The translations under genes and the position numbers were made by a program. 40,844 nucleotides of DNA from a virus (lineage: Duplodnaviria; Heunggongvirae; Uroviricota; Caudoviricetes). The stretch's first letter is position 1. Each line of letters begins with the position of its first letter. Of this stretch, positions 31,144 through 40,721 are shown in pieces. The notes under the pieces are model-generated. The model saw nothing but the letters and a program-made list of their open reading frames with translations. It had not been told where the DNA came from and ran no database searches. The stretch spans positions 1-40,844 of the IMG/VR virus record IMGVR_UViG_3300025916_000008; one strand, written 5' to 3'.

Positions 31144-31431
31144 CTAGGGCCGGGGACGACCCTCGGCCCAGGCCCTCAGGAGCCCGAGGCTCGGGAACGC
31201 TCGACCCCCGGTCCCCCGGTGGCTGTTGCACCACTTGTGGGCCAGCCTCATGTTCTCGGTGGTGTTCGGGCCGCCGAGGGACCGGGGGATGAAGTGGTCG
31301 CGGGACCAGTGCCAGTCGTCGTCGTCGTCCTCGATGCCGAAGTCGATCGGCTCGCGGCACAGCCAGCAGTCATCGCCGTCGCGCCTGCGGAGCCGGGCCA
31401 CCTGGCGTGCGACGGCGCGGGAGTGTCCCAT
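31144..31431 (-). CDS. HNH endonuclease
   Basis: CWLC...SRDHFIPRSLGG....NMRLAHKWCNSHRG; TAATG-coupled start. Confidence 0.9.
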   Translation of the reverse strand: MGHSRAVARQVARLRRRDGDDCWLCREPIDFGIEDDDDDWHWSRDHFIPRSLGGPNTTENMRLAHKWCNSHRGTGGRAFPSLGLLRAWAEGRPRP

Positions 31432-31622
31432 TACTCGAAGAACCCGCTCACGTGGAGGGCCAGGTGCCGGTCCTTGGCCTCCTGGGCTGCCTTCCGGGTG
31501 TAGTACCCGTAGGAGTTCCCGAGGCCCGCGACGTTCTCTTCCACCACCGCTTCCCCGCACACCTCGCAGTCCACGAGGAACACCGGGGTGATGCTGACCT
31601 TCGACCGGGGGATCTTCGCCAT
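31431..31622 (-). CDS. Small Zn-ribbon-like protein
   Basis: VDCEVCG...H...H. Confidence 0.6.
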   Translation of the reverse strand: MAKIPRSKVSITPVFLVDCEVCGEAVVEENVAGLGNSYGYYTRKAAQEAKDRHLALHVSGFFE

Positions 31623-31624
31623 GG

Positions 31625-31966
31625 CTAGCAGCGCTCCCTCAGGGTGATGTCCGCCGCGCCGAGGTGCACCAGGATCGCCCTGACGTCCTCCAGCGTCCGG
31701 GGGCGCAGCTCGGCCATGGCCGCGAAGAACTCGGGTGCCTGGGCGCGGGCCGCGTCCAGGTCTTCGGGGTCGCAGTAACGGTCGAGGCGGACTTCCCCGC
31801 TGCCGTCGTCCTCGATCAGCAGCCCCCAGTAGCAGCCGTCGCCAGGGACGCGGGCTGCGACCAGGATGTCCGGCACCTTGCCGGGGTCACTGGCGAGCAC
31901 GGCCGGCCAGTACCAGGCCTCCGACTCGAAGGAGTAGGAGAAGACAGCGCCTTCCGGGAGGTTCAC
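31625..31966 (-). CDS. Hypothetical protein (leaderless)
   Basis: ATACAG-N10-TAAGCT 6 nt before GTG. Confidence 0.7.
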   Translation of the reverse strand: MNLPEGAVFSYSFESEAWYWPAVLASDPGKVPDILVAARVPGDGCYWGLLIEDDGSGEVRLDRYCDPEDLDAARAQAPEFFAAMAELRPRTLEDVRAILVHLGAADITLRERC

Positions 31967-31999
31967 TGCTACAGCTTATCAAGGAAAGCTGTATTAGAA

Positions 32000-32224
32000 C
32001 TAGCCCTCTTCCTGGGCCAGGCAGGAGGCTCGCCGGAGTTCGTCCTCGCGGAGTTCGTCCTCGCGGATTTCCGCGTCCCTCTGCCCGGTGAGATCGAACT
32101 TGCGGGGTCCCTGTTCCTGGTTGCCGGCGTCGAGCAGCTCGCGGTCCGGGTGCGGGCGTCCGGGAACCCGGGTGCGGGTTCTCTCGTGACCTGGCTGGGC
32201 CAGGGCCTCTTCGTCATCTGCCAT
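32000..32224 (-). CDS. Hypothetical charged protein (leaderless)
   Basis: TATGAT 7 nt before ATG 32224. Confidence 0.45.
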   Translation of the reverse strand: MADDEEALAQPGHERTRTRVPGRPHPDRELLDAGNQEQGPRKFDLTGQRDAEIREDELREDELRRASCLAQEEG

Positions 32225-32309
32225 GCCCGTGATCATAGCCCCGGAAATGGCGGAGGCCCTCGTCGCTTCGCAGCTCGGAGGACCTCCGGTCGCTCTTAAC
32301 GAGTGATCA

Positions 32310-33335
32310 CTAGCTCTTGGTGATGCTCGCCAGGCCGCGCGGGTTGAGGATCGACATGGCGATCATCTCGTCGAACACCCAGCCCTTCCAGAACGCCTCG
32401 ACGTTGTGGTTCTCCTCAACGTCGAGGCTGTACAGGATAGGGAAAACTCCCAGGAAGTTCGGCTCGGGCGCGAGGAAGATCTTCGCCTGCGGGACGATGA
32501 TGCTCCGCTGGATCTGGAACTCGCCGAAGCTGGTGATCGTCTCACCTGCGACAACGCGGTCCTTGAAGGCCCAGCCGGTCTGGTTGATGTCCCACCTGAA
32601 CATGTCCCTGTAGTCGAAGGGGTTGATCAGGATGCGGGCCGACGGAAGCTCGTGCAGGTCGGTCATCGCCACGGCGGAGTAGAGGCTGCCCGGCGTGAGG
32701 TAGCCGCTCGCCTCGGTGATGTTGTGGTTGGGGGTGACCACGTGGTCCGGCCGGGTGGCGTAGTCGGTGATCGCCGCCTGGAGGAGCACCAGCAGCCGGG
32801 CGTCCTCCTGCTTGAGGATGGCCTGCTTGGTCTCGTCCTGCGCCTGCTCGACCGCGTTGATGCGCAGGTAGAACAGGTCCTCCTTGCGGATCGCGGGACG
32901 CGAGGCGATGCGGAAGAACCGAACGGGGATTCGCTTGCCCTCGAACGGGGTAACCCGGACTTCGCCCTCTGTTCCAGAAAGGATGTAGGCCTGGCCAAGG
33001 TCATCCCAGACGTCGTACTCCACCGGGGTACCGGGAGTAACCGGGTCCTCGACCAGGACGTTCCGGACGATGCCCTGGTAGCGCAGCTTGAGCTGGATGG
33101 GGCCGACCATCCCGACGCCCAGCCGGCGGAAGCCGTGCATCTCGTCGCTCAGGATGAGCGCCATCTTCCGCACCTTGGCCTCGCGGGTCAGCGAGACCCC
33201 GTTGGTCCGGGCGCGGCGCGCCTCGATCTGCGCAACGTAGTCGTCAGACTTGCGCGATGCCACGCGGGGCCGCAGGCCGCCGCCGGGAGCCAGCGCCAGT
33301 TGCCCGCCGGCCGTAGTGGTCGCCAGCTCGGTCAT
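32310..33335 (-). CDS. Major capsid protein (HK97-fold, Bxz1-like)
   Basis: 341 aa; PIQLKLRYQGIVRNVL, EDARLLVLL, GWVFDE...ILNPRG; position after decoration and protease genes. Confidence 0.9.
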   Translation of the reverse strand: MTELATTTAGGQLALAPGGGLRPRVASRKSDDYVAQIEARRARTNGVSLTREAKVRKMALILSDEMHGFRRLGVGMVGPIQLKLRYQGIVRNVLVEDPVTPGTPVEYDVWDDLGQAYILSGTEGEVRVTPFEGKRIPVRFFRIASRPAIRKEDLFYLRINAVEQAQDETKQAILKQEDARLLVLLQAAITDYATRPDHVVTPNHNITEASGYLTPGSLYSAVAMTDLHELPSARILINPFDYRDMFRWDINQTGWAFKDRVVAGETITSFGEFQIQRSIIVPQAKIFLAPEPNFLGVFPILYSLDVEENHNVEAFWKGWVFDEMIAMSILNPRGLASITKS

Positions 33336-33368
33336 GGTTTTCCTTCCCTGCTTTCCGCGTGTCCGCGC

Positions 33369-33986
33369 TTAGTCCCTGACCGCCGTCAGCATGGCCGCGT
33401 CGTAAGGAGACAGGCCGCCGATGACGAGCTTGGTGGAGGAGCACACCTTCAGCAGCCGGGCCACCGGGGCGGAGATGGTGGTGCTCGACGACCAGGGGAC
33501 GAGCATCCCCTGGTTGGAGGTCGCCGTGCTGACCCCGACGAGGTTCGCGCCGGAGCCGTCAGTCGGGTCGGTCCAGGTGGCGGTGGCGTCGAAGGCAGGC
33601 GCGAGGATCTCGAACTCCGCGTCGGGGCCGAGCACCCACACCGCGAAGGCGTTGATGCCGGCGTAGAGCAGCTCGTCGATCCCGTCGCCGCCGACGTACA
33701 GCGCGCCCAGGCCGTAGACCGGGACCGCTGCGGCGGTGACGTCGGAGCCCGCGTTGCCCGAGTGGGCAGAGCCGGCCATCGTCTTGCCGCCCATCTGGGT
33801 GCTGTTCGCGCCCGCGAGGGTCACCAGGTCGCCGCCCGTGCGGACGAAGCCCATGCCGGGCCAGATCGGGATGGCCCGCGTCCAGGCCGGGTCCAGGAAG
33901 CAGCTCTTCGGAGTTGCCTGCGTCCACGTGTAGAGCGGCCTGATCGTCCGCTTCACGTAGTCGTTCGAGAGGTACGTGCGAATCAT
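33369..33986 (-). CDS. Putative capsid decoration/auxiliary head protein
   Basis: 205 aa directly upstream of MCP; RTIRPLY...IWPGM...GLGALY...FAVWV...EFEILAPAFD. Confidence 0.65.
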   Translation of the reverse strand: MIRTYLSNDYVKRTIRPLYTWTQATPKSCFLDPAWTRAIPIWPGMGFVRTGGDLVTLAGANSTQMGGKTMAGSAHSGNAGSDVTAAAVPVYGLGALYVGGDGIDELLYAGINAFAVWVLGPDAEFEILAPAFDATATWTDPTDGSGANLVGVSTATSNQGMLVPWSSSTTISAPVARLLKVCSSTKLVIGGLSPYDAAMLTAVRD

Positions 33987-34068
33987 CGGGCTCTACTCCG
34001 TGTCTGGTCGGCCGGGCCGTGTGGCCCTCCTGCTATTCCTTCTGGGGCTGCGGGCGGAAAAGGGCTCA

Positions 34069-34638
34069 TCAGGCCGCCGCGTACATGAAGAAGGTCGGCC
34101 CCGGTGCGGTCGGCGCGATGTACGTCGTGGTGCCGTCGGTGCCCGGCGTCGTCAGGCCGGTCGTCGATGTCCCGCCGAGCAGCGGCACCGGGACGCCCGT
34201 CCCGGTGATGAACTGCGCGGCCGGGTTGAACGTCGGGGCCAGGATGTTCGGGATGGTGGTCGTCGCGGTGAAGCACAGGCCGAGGTAGTGCTGGCCGGTG
34301 TAAGCCGCCGTGTACGGCGCGGTCATCGCCAGGCTCTGCCAGGTGGAGGCGGGCTGGGCGGTGCTCCCCTGGTCGGCCGAGTGCGCCCGCTGCACGTAGG
34401 AGCTGTCCAGGACGGCGGCCCACCAGTGGGTTGGCGCGACCCCGGCGTTAGCCCCGGTGCAGAAGCCGAGGTGGCCGACGACCTGCCCGATGGTGAGCGT
34501 GGTGCTCATGATGTAGAGGGTTCCGCCGTTCGGCGTGCTGGCGCTCGACGCCGTGTACCTGTGGCACGTCTCGGCGATCGAGCCCGGTATGACGGCGGTC
34601 TCGTACGGGTGGGCCGGCGACGGGGCGAACAGGGGCAC
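34069..34638 (-). CDS. Putative virion protein (beta-sandwich)
   Basis: Thr/Ala/Gly-rich, in the head operon. Confidence 0.6.
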   Translation of the reverse strand: MPLFAPSPAHPYETAVIPGSIAETCHRYTASSASTPNGGTLYIMSTTLTIGQVVGHLGFCTGANAGVAPTHWWAAVLDSSYVQRAHSADQGSTAQPASTWQSLAMTAPYTAAYTGQHYLGLCFTATTTIPNILAPTFNPAAQFITGTGVPVPLLGGTSTTGLTTPGTDGTTTYIAPTAPGPTFFMYAAA

Positions 34639-34642
34639 CGGG

Positions 34643-35080
34643 TCACCAGCTCGTCAGGCGGGCGTTGCCGTTCGCGGACGCCCAGATCCCGTCGACCCGG
34701 CCGCCGTAGACCGGGGCCGGGAACTCGAAGAAGCCCCCGGCCGGGACCTGCACGGTGTAGCTGGTGGCGCTGGCGGTCGTGCCGAACTTGACGTACAGCA
34801 CGGCGGTCGAGTCGTTGAAGATCGTCCGGCCGCCGACCGCCCCGGTCGCCGCGCTGAACAGGGTGACGCTGCTCGCCGACGAGGCGACGGTGGCCTCCGT
34901 TGCCGTCGCCACGCTGGTCGGGTCGGCTGCCACCGAGCTGAACAGCGTCGATACCGCGTTCGCGGACAGGACGCTGTACTGCTCGTCTGACAGCACGGCG
35001 GTGCCGCCGGCCGTGTAGCGCAGCCCGTTGGGCAGCACCACGTTGCTCAGGCCGGAGTTGACGGTCACCTGGTAGGGCAC
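34643..35080 (-). CDS. Putative virion protein
   Basis: In the head operon; TIFNDSTAVLYVKFG...YGGRVDGIW motif. Confidence 0.65.
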   Translation of the reverse strand: MPYQVTVNSGLSNVVLPNGLRYTAGGTAVLSDEQYSVLSANAVSTLFSSVAADPTSVATATEATVASSASSVTLFSAATGAVGGRTIFNDSTAVLYVKFGTTASATSYTVQVPAGGFFEFPAPVYGGRVDGIWASANGNARLTSW

Positions 35081-35086
35081 TGTCGC

Positions 35087-38000
35087 CTACAGGAAGAGGT
35101 CCGAGCCGTCCAGGTCGTCCATGACGGCCGGGGCGTACTGGGCGGAGGCTCCTACCGGGGCGAGCGACGGGACCGACCGGGCGGCGGTGCGCTGCTGCGG
35201 GGGGCGCGCGGCCTGGCGCTGCGGGGCGACGGCCGACAGGACCCCGATCTCGTGCTCGATCAGCGCCGTGGACAGAGCCGCGTCGCGCTCGATGTGCTCG
35301 GCGACCGCCAGCTCCTCTCCGTGGGCGATCCCGGCGGTGACCCGCAGGCGCGCCAGGCGGATGGAGGCGAAGGTGCGCCGCGAGGCCTCGGCCTCGCTCA
35401 GCGAGGCGTTGACGCTGCCGCCCGCGCCCTGCTGCTGGCCCGGCTGCCGGGCGTCCAGCAGCCACGGGAACGCCGCGCCGTTGTCGCCCTGGCCGCCGAT
35501 GCCGGGGCCGTGCGCCTTCAGCGGGTCGGGGTCGATGCGGACGTCGGTCTCGATGCGCCGCTGCTCCAGGGGGACGCCGCCGTCCTGGCTGGGGTTGGTC
35601 CCCTGCACGGGCTGGGTGACGTCGACCAGGTTGGTCGCCGGGGGCGTCTGCACCTCGACGCCCGGGGTGATCGGGGTGGTGGTCTGCATGGCCGGGACCC
35701 GCGAGTTGGCACCGGGCGTGGTGCCGGGACGGCCCGCGTTGTCCATCGCCTCGGGGGCGAGCGCCTGCTCGGTGGTCTCCGACGGCGGACCCTGCGGCGG
35801 GTCGGGGACCGGGCTGGCCGGGTTGAGGAGGTCCGCCTGCCTGCGCATCTCCCGGCGGCCGATCTCGGCCAGCTCCCTGCCTACCCCCGCAGCGGAGGCG
35901 AGGAAGCTGAGCTGGGCCTCCAGGACCGCGTTACGGGCGCTCAGCTCGGCAATCCGGCGCGTCTGGGCCTGCGCGAGCGCGGCGGCCGTCTTACGGTCTG
36001 CTGGCATGTCCTTGTCCTCGTCTTCCTCGTCTTCCTCGTCCTCGGGCTGCTCGCCCTCGGCAGACGGGTCTTCTGACTCTTCCGGGGGCACCGCGCCCTC
36101 GCCGCCTTCCCCGTCCTCGTCGGCGGGGTGCAGCGCGGCCATCCCGCACGCCGGGCAGGGGACCCCCGGCTGGGCGGCGGCGTCCGCCTCGAAGGTGGTG
36201 CCGCACGCTGGGCAGATCAGCTCCTCGGCGTAGGCCTGGTCCCCGCCTTCCTCGTCTTCCGGCGGGACGGCACCCTCCGGGGCTTCCTCGTCCTCTTCGG
36301 CTGCTGCCTCTTCTTCTTCCGCCACGGCATCCGGCGGGAGCCCGTCGGTGTCCCCGGCGGGCACGGGGCCGCCCTCCCCCTGGACCGTCGGCACCCCGTC
36401 AGGGGCGATCTGGTCGGGGTGCACGAGCTGCTCGTCGGCGTCATCTCCGCTGCCGATCTCCGCCTGCGCCGGGGCACCGGGCTGCCCGGCACCCGGCTGG
36501 TCCGGTGGGATCTCGACGTCCCCCGAGCTGTCGAGCTGGTCACGTACCTCGCTGGCCTTGCTGGTGTCCGGGTCCCTGAAAACCGACGGAGGGACGACGA
36601 AGCCGCAGACCGGGCACCGCGATCCCGACCAGACGTTGTGCTCTCCGCAGACCGGGCACTCGTCCATCCGCAGCGCGTCCACCTGCGGCGGGACCCTGGT
36701 CTCCCCGTACGCCTGCCTGGTCAGCGAGTTGTAGGACTGGCGCAGCGCGTAGTCCATCGGCCGGGATGTCCTCCCGAGGATGGTGTCCTGCTGGTGGGCC
36801 TGGTTCCAGTGCCCCGGCATGGCGGTGTCTTCCTTCCAGCCGATCTTCCCGAGGCAGTGCTGGCACAGCATCGGCATCATCCGGCTGGGCGGGGACCCGA
36901 CCTCGTTGAAGTCAGCCCCGCAGCCGGCGCAGTGGGTGCCGCCCTCCGCCAGCGCCCCGTGGTAGTGCATGTTCTCCTCGGGGATGTCCGGGTGGTGCTG
37001 CCTGCGCCGCTCCTGCCAGCGGGTCCGGGAGTTCTCCCCGAGCTGGTTACGGCCCTTCCCGCCGCCGCCCTTGCTGCCGGATGCGTCCTCGGCGGCGTTC
37101 TTGCGGATCTGCACCAGCCAGGTGGCCGCCTGCACCTGGTGCGGGGCGATCTTCCTGCCGTAGTGCGCCGACAGCTCCCTGGACGCCTGCCGGTAGGCGT
37201 GCGCGACGTGCTCGTAGTGCTGGTGCTGGCCGATCGGCATGCCGTCCTTCTCGGTGTCGGTCAGCCGGTGCCCGACGGCGACGGACATGGCGTGCCGGTC
37301 GACGACCACCTTCTCCGTGCCGTTCCTCACGTCCTCGTCGGTGTCGCCGCCGTGCTCTATCAGGTGGGCGAACGCCGCCGTCTTGGGGGCCTTCAGCACC
37401 TTGGAGTGGTGCTCCCCGCCGAGGATGCGGACGGCGGCCTTCTGGTGCACGCCCATCGCCCCGGTGCCTGGGCCGGGCGGGTCGCCGTGGAAGGCGCGGC
37501 TGGCGTTGAACAGGTTGACCGGCCACAGGGTGCGGACCGAGTAGGCGGACAGCACGCCGGCCCCCATGGCGGCGTCCCCCTTGCCCATCACCTTGGCGAC
37601 GTGGTGGGCGTCGGAGTACCACCTGTCGCCCAGCGCCCGCTCGTCGTCGCTGGCCTCGTGGTAGGCGGCGACGATGTGGTGGCTGGAGACCGGGTGGCGC
37701 TTGAACCACTCGTGCTCACCGCCCTCGGCCTTCTTCGCCGCCGACGTCCGCATCTCGGCGATGTCGGAGTCCGGGATGTCGTCGACCGTGGGGTAGGAGT
37801 CGCTCCTCGACCTGTGGGTCCGGGAGTGGACGTAGAACCCGTTGCGGTCCTTCTTCAGGCCAACCCCGTCGAACCGGGCGTCGCGGCCGTAACCGCGCAC
37901 CGGCCTGCCCTGAGGCCGCTTCCGGGCGCTCTGCGACTGCATCGGGGCGTCCTCCGGGTTCCACTGGCGGGCGGGCGCGAAGGGCTCGGTGCCCTCGTCC

Positions 38001-39271
38001 CGGTACCCTCTCTCGACTTCCAGGGGGTGCTGCTCGGTGCCGCCGGCGCTGTTGTAGCGGACGGAGCCCGGCTTGCCCTCGGCGGTGCCTGTCCCGTAGT
38101 GCCCGATCGCGCAGTCGTTGCAGAGGAACGGCATGCCCTGGTTCTGCCAGTCGCCGGCTGCGCTGCTCTCGTACGGGCTGGTGAACGGGTGGCCGCAGTT
38201 GACGCAGCGGCCCGCGTCGGACGGCCACGGGAGCGCGGCGGACCTGCGCGACGCGGTGAACGGGTCCGGCGGCATCTGCCCCTCGTCCCCCCGGGGGCGG
38301 CGCGGCAGCTCGTGCCCTGACAGCTCCTCGAACCGGGCGTGCATGTACTCCCGCATCGCCTGCTGCGCCTGGTCGCGCCGTGCCTCGATGCCGGGGATCG
38401 ACGCGAAGACGCCCTCGGGGTCGGCGGGGGTGGCGGGGTGGTCGCGCTTCATCCCGTCGTGGTGGTGCCAGCCGCCGTTGGCCTCCGGCTTGCGCATGTT
38501 GACCCGGACCTGCTCGCCGCAGACCAGGCAGTGCGTGCCCCCGTAGGTCTGGTCCCGGTTCACGGCCGTCCTCGCGGCGGCCTTCGCCATGCCCCGGGCG
38601 TCGGGCTTGCCGAGCAGGTACGCGGTCGGGTCGGCCGGGTCCTCGACCAGGAGCGAGTTCTCGAAGAACGACAGGCCGGCGCAGACCTCGTGGATCAGCT
38701 TCTCCTCGACCTTGCCGGTCACCTTGTTGCGCTGGCGGATCTTCTTGCCCTTCATAGCGGGCAGGTGCTTGCAGTACTCGGCGGGGCTGGTCGCCTTGTT
38801 GCCGCAGGCGGAGCAGCGCGACCACTCGACGTCCACGCCCATCGAGGTGCGGTTCACCCGCCCGGCGAGGATGGCCTTGGCCAGGCGCGGGAACCGCACG
38901 GCGTCGACCTCCATGAGGCCCTCGACCCAGGTGTCCGGCGTCCCGTCGGGGTTGCGGTCGCGGTGCAGGGCGATGGCGACGATGACGCCCCGTGCCCGGC
39001 GGTGGTTGGCGTTGTGGTGGTTGACGAAGACCGGCTTGCCGAGGAAGCTCTTGTACCCCTTCTCGATCTCATCGGCCGGGAACGTGTCGTGGTTGTCGTT
39101 GGTCCGGCTGGAGATCATCCGGGAGCGGACGTACAGGTAGCCCTGGCGCGGCTGGTAGTCGAACGCGACGCGGTGGGCGGTCTTGAAGATCCGGCGCTCA
39201 GCGCCCGCGAGGCTGCCCGGGGCAGCGTGACGCCACGCCTCCAGTACCTCCAGCGTCGCGTACTTCCGCAC
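35087..39271 (-). CDS. Capsid maturation protease/scaffold polyprotein with internal HhH-glycosylase-like domain
   Basis: GTG 39271 with GGGAGG RBS; N-terminal protease-like domain (FLGKPVFVNHH...TSMG...CSAC...FFENSLL..PADPTA); acidic linker and C-terminal coiled coil; internal DRH...QAATW domain. Confidence 0.75.
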   Translation of the reverse strand: MRKYATLEVLEAWRHAAPGSLAGAERRIFKTAHRVAFDYQPRQGYLYVRSRMISSRTNDNHDTFPADEIEKGYKSFLGKPVFVNHHNANHRRARGVIVAIALHRDRNPDGTPDTWVEGLMEVDAVRFPRLAKAILAGRVNRTSMGVDVEWSRCSACGNKATSPAEYCKHLPAMKGKKIRQRNKVTGKVEEKLIHEVCAGLSFFENSLLVEDPADPTAYLLGKPDARGMAKAAARTAVNRDQTYGGTHCLVCGEQVRVNMRKPEANGGWHHHDGMKRDHPATPADPEGVFASIPGIEARRDQAQQAMREYMHARFEELSGHELPRRPRGDEGQMPPDPFTASRRSAALPWPSDAGRCVNCGHPFTSPYESSAAGDWQNQGMPFLCNDCAIGHYGTGTAEGKPGSVRYNSAGGTEQHPLEVERGYRDEGTEPFAPARQWNPEDAPMQSQSARKRPQGRPVRGYGRDARFDGVGLKKDRNGFYVHSRTHRSRSDSYPTVDDIPDSDIAEMRTSAAKKAEGGEHEWFKRHPVSSHHIVAAYHEASDDERALGDRWYSDAHHVAKVMGKGDAAMGAGVLSAYSVRTLWPVNLFNASRAFHGDPPGPGTGAMGVHQKAAVRILGGEHHSKVLKAPKTAAFAHLIEHGGDTDEDVRNGTEKVVVDRHAMSVAVGHRLTDTEKDGMPIGQHQHYEHVAHAYRQASRELSAHYGRKIAPHQVQAATWLVQIRKNAAEDASGSKGGGGKGRNQLGENSRTRWQERRRQHHPDIPEENMHYHGALAEGGTHCAGCGADFNEVGSPPSRMMPMLCQHCLGKIGWKEDTAMPGHWNQAHQQDTILGRTSRPMDYALRQSYNSLTRQAYGETRVPPQVDALRMDECPVCGEHNVWSGSRCPVCGFVVPPSVFRDPDTSKASEVRDQLDSSGDVEIPPDQPGAGQPGAPAQAEIGSGDDADEQLVHPDQIAPDGVPTVQGEGGPVPAGDTDGLPPDAVAEEEEAAAEEDEEAPEGAVPPEDEEGGDQAYAEELICPACGTTFEADAAAQPGVPCPACGMAALHPADEDGEGGEGAVPPEESEDPSAEGEQPEDEEDEEDEDKDMPADRKTAAALAQAQTRRIAELSARNAVLEAQLSFLASAAGVGRELAEIGRREMRRQADLLNPASPVPDPPQGPPSETTEQALAPEAMDNAGRPGTTPGANSRVPAMQTTTPITPGVEVQTPPATNLVDVTQPVQGTNPSQDGGVPLEQRRIETDVRIDPDPLKAHGPGIGGQGDNGAAFPWLLDARQPGQQQGAGGSVNASLSEAEASRRTFASIRLARLRVTAGIAHGEELAVAEHIERDAALSTALIEHEIGVLSAVAPQRQAARPPQQRTAARSVPSLAPVGASAQYAPAVMDDLDGSDLFL

Positions 39272-39398
39272 AGGGTCCTCCCGGTCTGCTCTCCTCTTCC
39301 GGGGCAGCCCGGGAACCCGTTGCTCAATACAGCTTTTCTTGATATTCTCGTGCCAGCGAACGCAGAGCAGGGACGAAGCAGGGACACTGGAGGAGAAG

Positions 39399-39959
39399 AT
39401 GACCGAGATGACACTGGCCCAGCAGGTCGCCCAGGAGGCAGCCGGACGGGTCCACAAGCTCGCCCCCTACCTGACCGACGGCCGGCACCCGCTCACCCCC
39501 GGGCAGGCCGAGGGGATCATGCGGCACCTGGGCACGTGCCCGGTACGGCCAGCTCCGGAGGAGAACGTGGCGCGTCACGACGCTCACAGGGCGGAAACGG
39601 ATCACGAGCGTCACGCGGCAGGCCCCGTCATCGCCGACATCACGGCCGGGTTCTACGCCACGCCGAGCAGGACCGGCACCAACGACCTGGACTTCTGGAA
39701 GGTCACCGAGGGCCGCAGGCCCGGCATCCGGTTCGTCAAGCGGGTGGTCGGCGGCGGCGACGACAAGTACCCCAGGCTGATCGAGATCTCCAACCAGGAG
39801 CAGCTCCAGGCGCTGCGGGCTATCCTGCGGGCAGGGATATCAGAGGCTGCCGACGTCTACGCCGTCAACCAGGAGCGCTGCAAGAAGTGCGGCAGCCAGC
39901 TTACTGACGAGGCGTCGCGGGCGGCCAGGATGGGGCCTGTATGCCGAGGAGAACGGTGA
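39399..39959 (+). CDS. DUF6011-like Zn-finger protein
   Basis: C-terminal RCKKCGSQLTDEASRAARMGPVC; GGAGGAG RBS; ATACAG-N10-TATTCT promoter. Confidence 0.75.
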   Translation: MTEMTLAQQVAQEAAGRVHKLAPYLTDGRHPLTPGQAEGIMRHLGTCPVRPAPEENVARHDAHRAETDHERHAAGPVIADITAGFYATPSRTGTNDLDFWKVTEGRRPGIRFVKRVVGGGDDKYPRLIEISNQEQLQALRAILRAGISEAADVYAVNQERCKKCGSQLTDEASRAARMGPVCRGER

Positions 39960-40408
39960 GCAACTGGATTACGGCCGAGGTCGCGATCCTCGCGATGGTC
40001 CTCCTCGCGGCACTGATGCCGGGCGAGGAGGACCTCCTCATTCCCGAGCGCCGCGACTGGCGCGGCACCGTGCGGCGCATCCTCAGCCCGGCCGCCCGGC
40101 GGCTCCGCGAGGTCCAGGGCGCACGGGAGGCTGACGCCTACGTGCAGGTCCTCACCCAGGCTGACCTGCCCAGCACCACCGCCCGGTTCAGGACGGCGCT
40201 GCTGACCGCGCCGGCGGAGGGGCACGAGAAGGACAAGCCGCCGTGGGCGACCGCGCCGTTCGCGGCGTCTCCCGCAGGCCCGCCGATGGACCGGCCACGA
40301 CAGGCCGAGCGGCAGCCGCCCACCCTCGTCCGGGAGGCGGTACTCCCGGTGATCAGGAGTGACCTGGGGAGCTATCTGTCGCGGATTCCCGGGTACCCCG
40401 AGGACTAG
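39956..40408 (+). CDS. Hypothetical protein with N-terminal TM segment
   Basis: GTGA-coupled start. Confidence 0.55.
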   Translation: MSNWITAEVAILAMVLLAALMPGEEDLLIPERRDWRGTVRRILSPAARRLREVQGAREADAYVQVLTQADLPSTTARFRTALLTAPAEGHEKDKPPWATAPFAASPAGPPMDRPRQAERQPPTLVREAVLPVIRSDLGSYLSRIPGYPED

Positions 40409-40721
40409 CCTCGCCGTCCAGGGCACCGGCCCGCTGGGACCTGTAGATCATCACGGCCCGCCACACCACGTTGACGAACACCAGGGCCAGCGAGATGACC
40501 TGGAGCAGCTCCAGGGTCTGGCTGGAGACCCGGAAGTCGATGAACAGCCAGGACGGAAGGATCGCCCCCGCGATCCCGATCTCCAGCATGACGATGTTCC
40601 AGCCCCAGGAACTCTCGTGCCACGGCCAGTAGAGCCGGGTGACGACCGGGAACAGCACCGACGCGATGAAGCAGGCGTTGACTTCCCACTCGGTGACCTC
40701 GCGCAGCAGGGAGAACATCAC
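40353..40721 (-). CDS. Multi-TM membrane protein, putative holin-like
   Basis: Three hydrophobic segments; WPWHESSWGWNIVML motif; GTGA-coupled to the upstream ORF. Confidence 0.6.
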   Translation of the reverse strand: MMFSLLREVTEWEVNACFIASVLFPVVTRLYWPWHESSWGWNIVMLEIGIAGAILPSWLFIDFRVSSQTLELLQVISLALVFVNVVWRAVMIYRSQRAGALDGEASPRGTRESATDSSPGHS

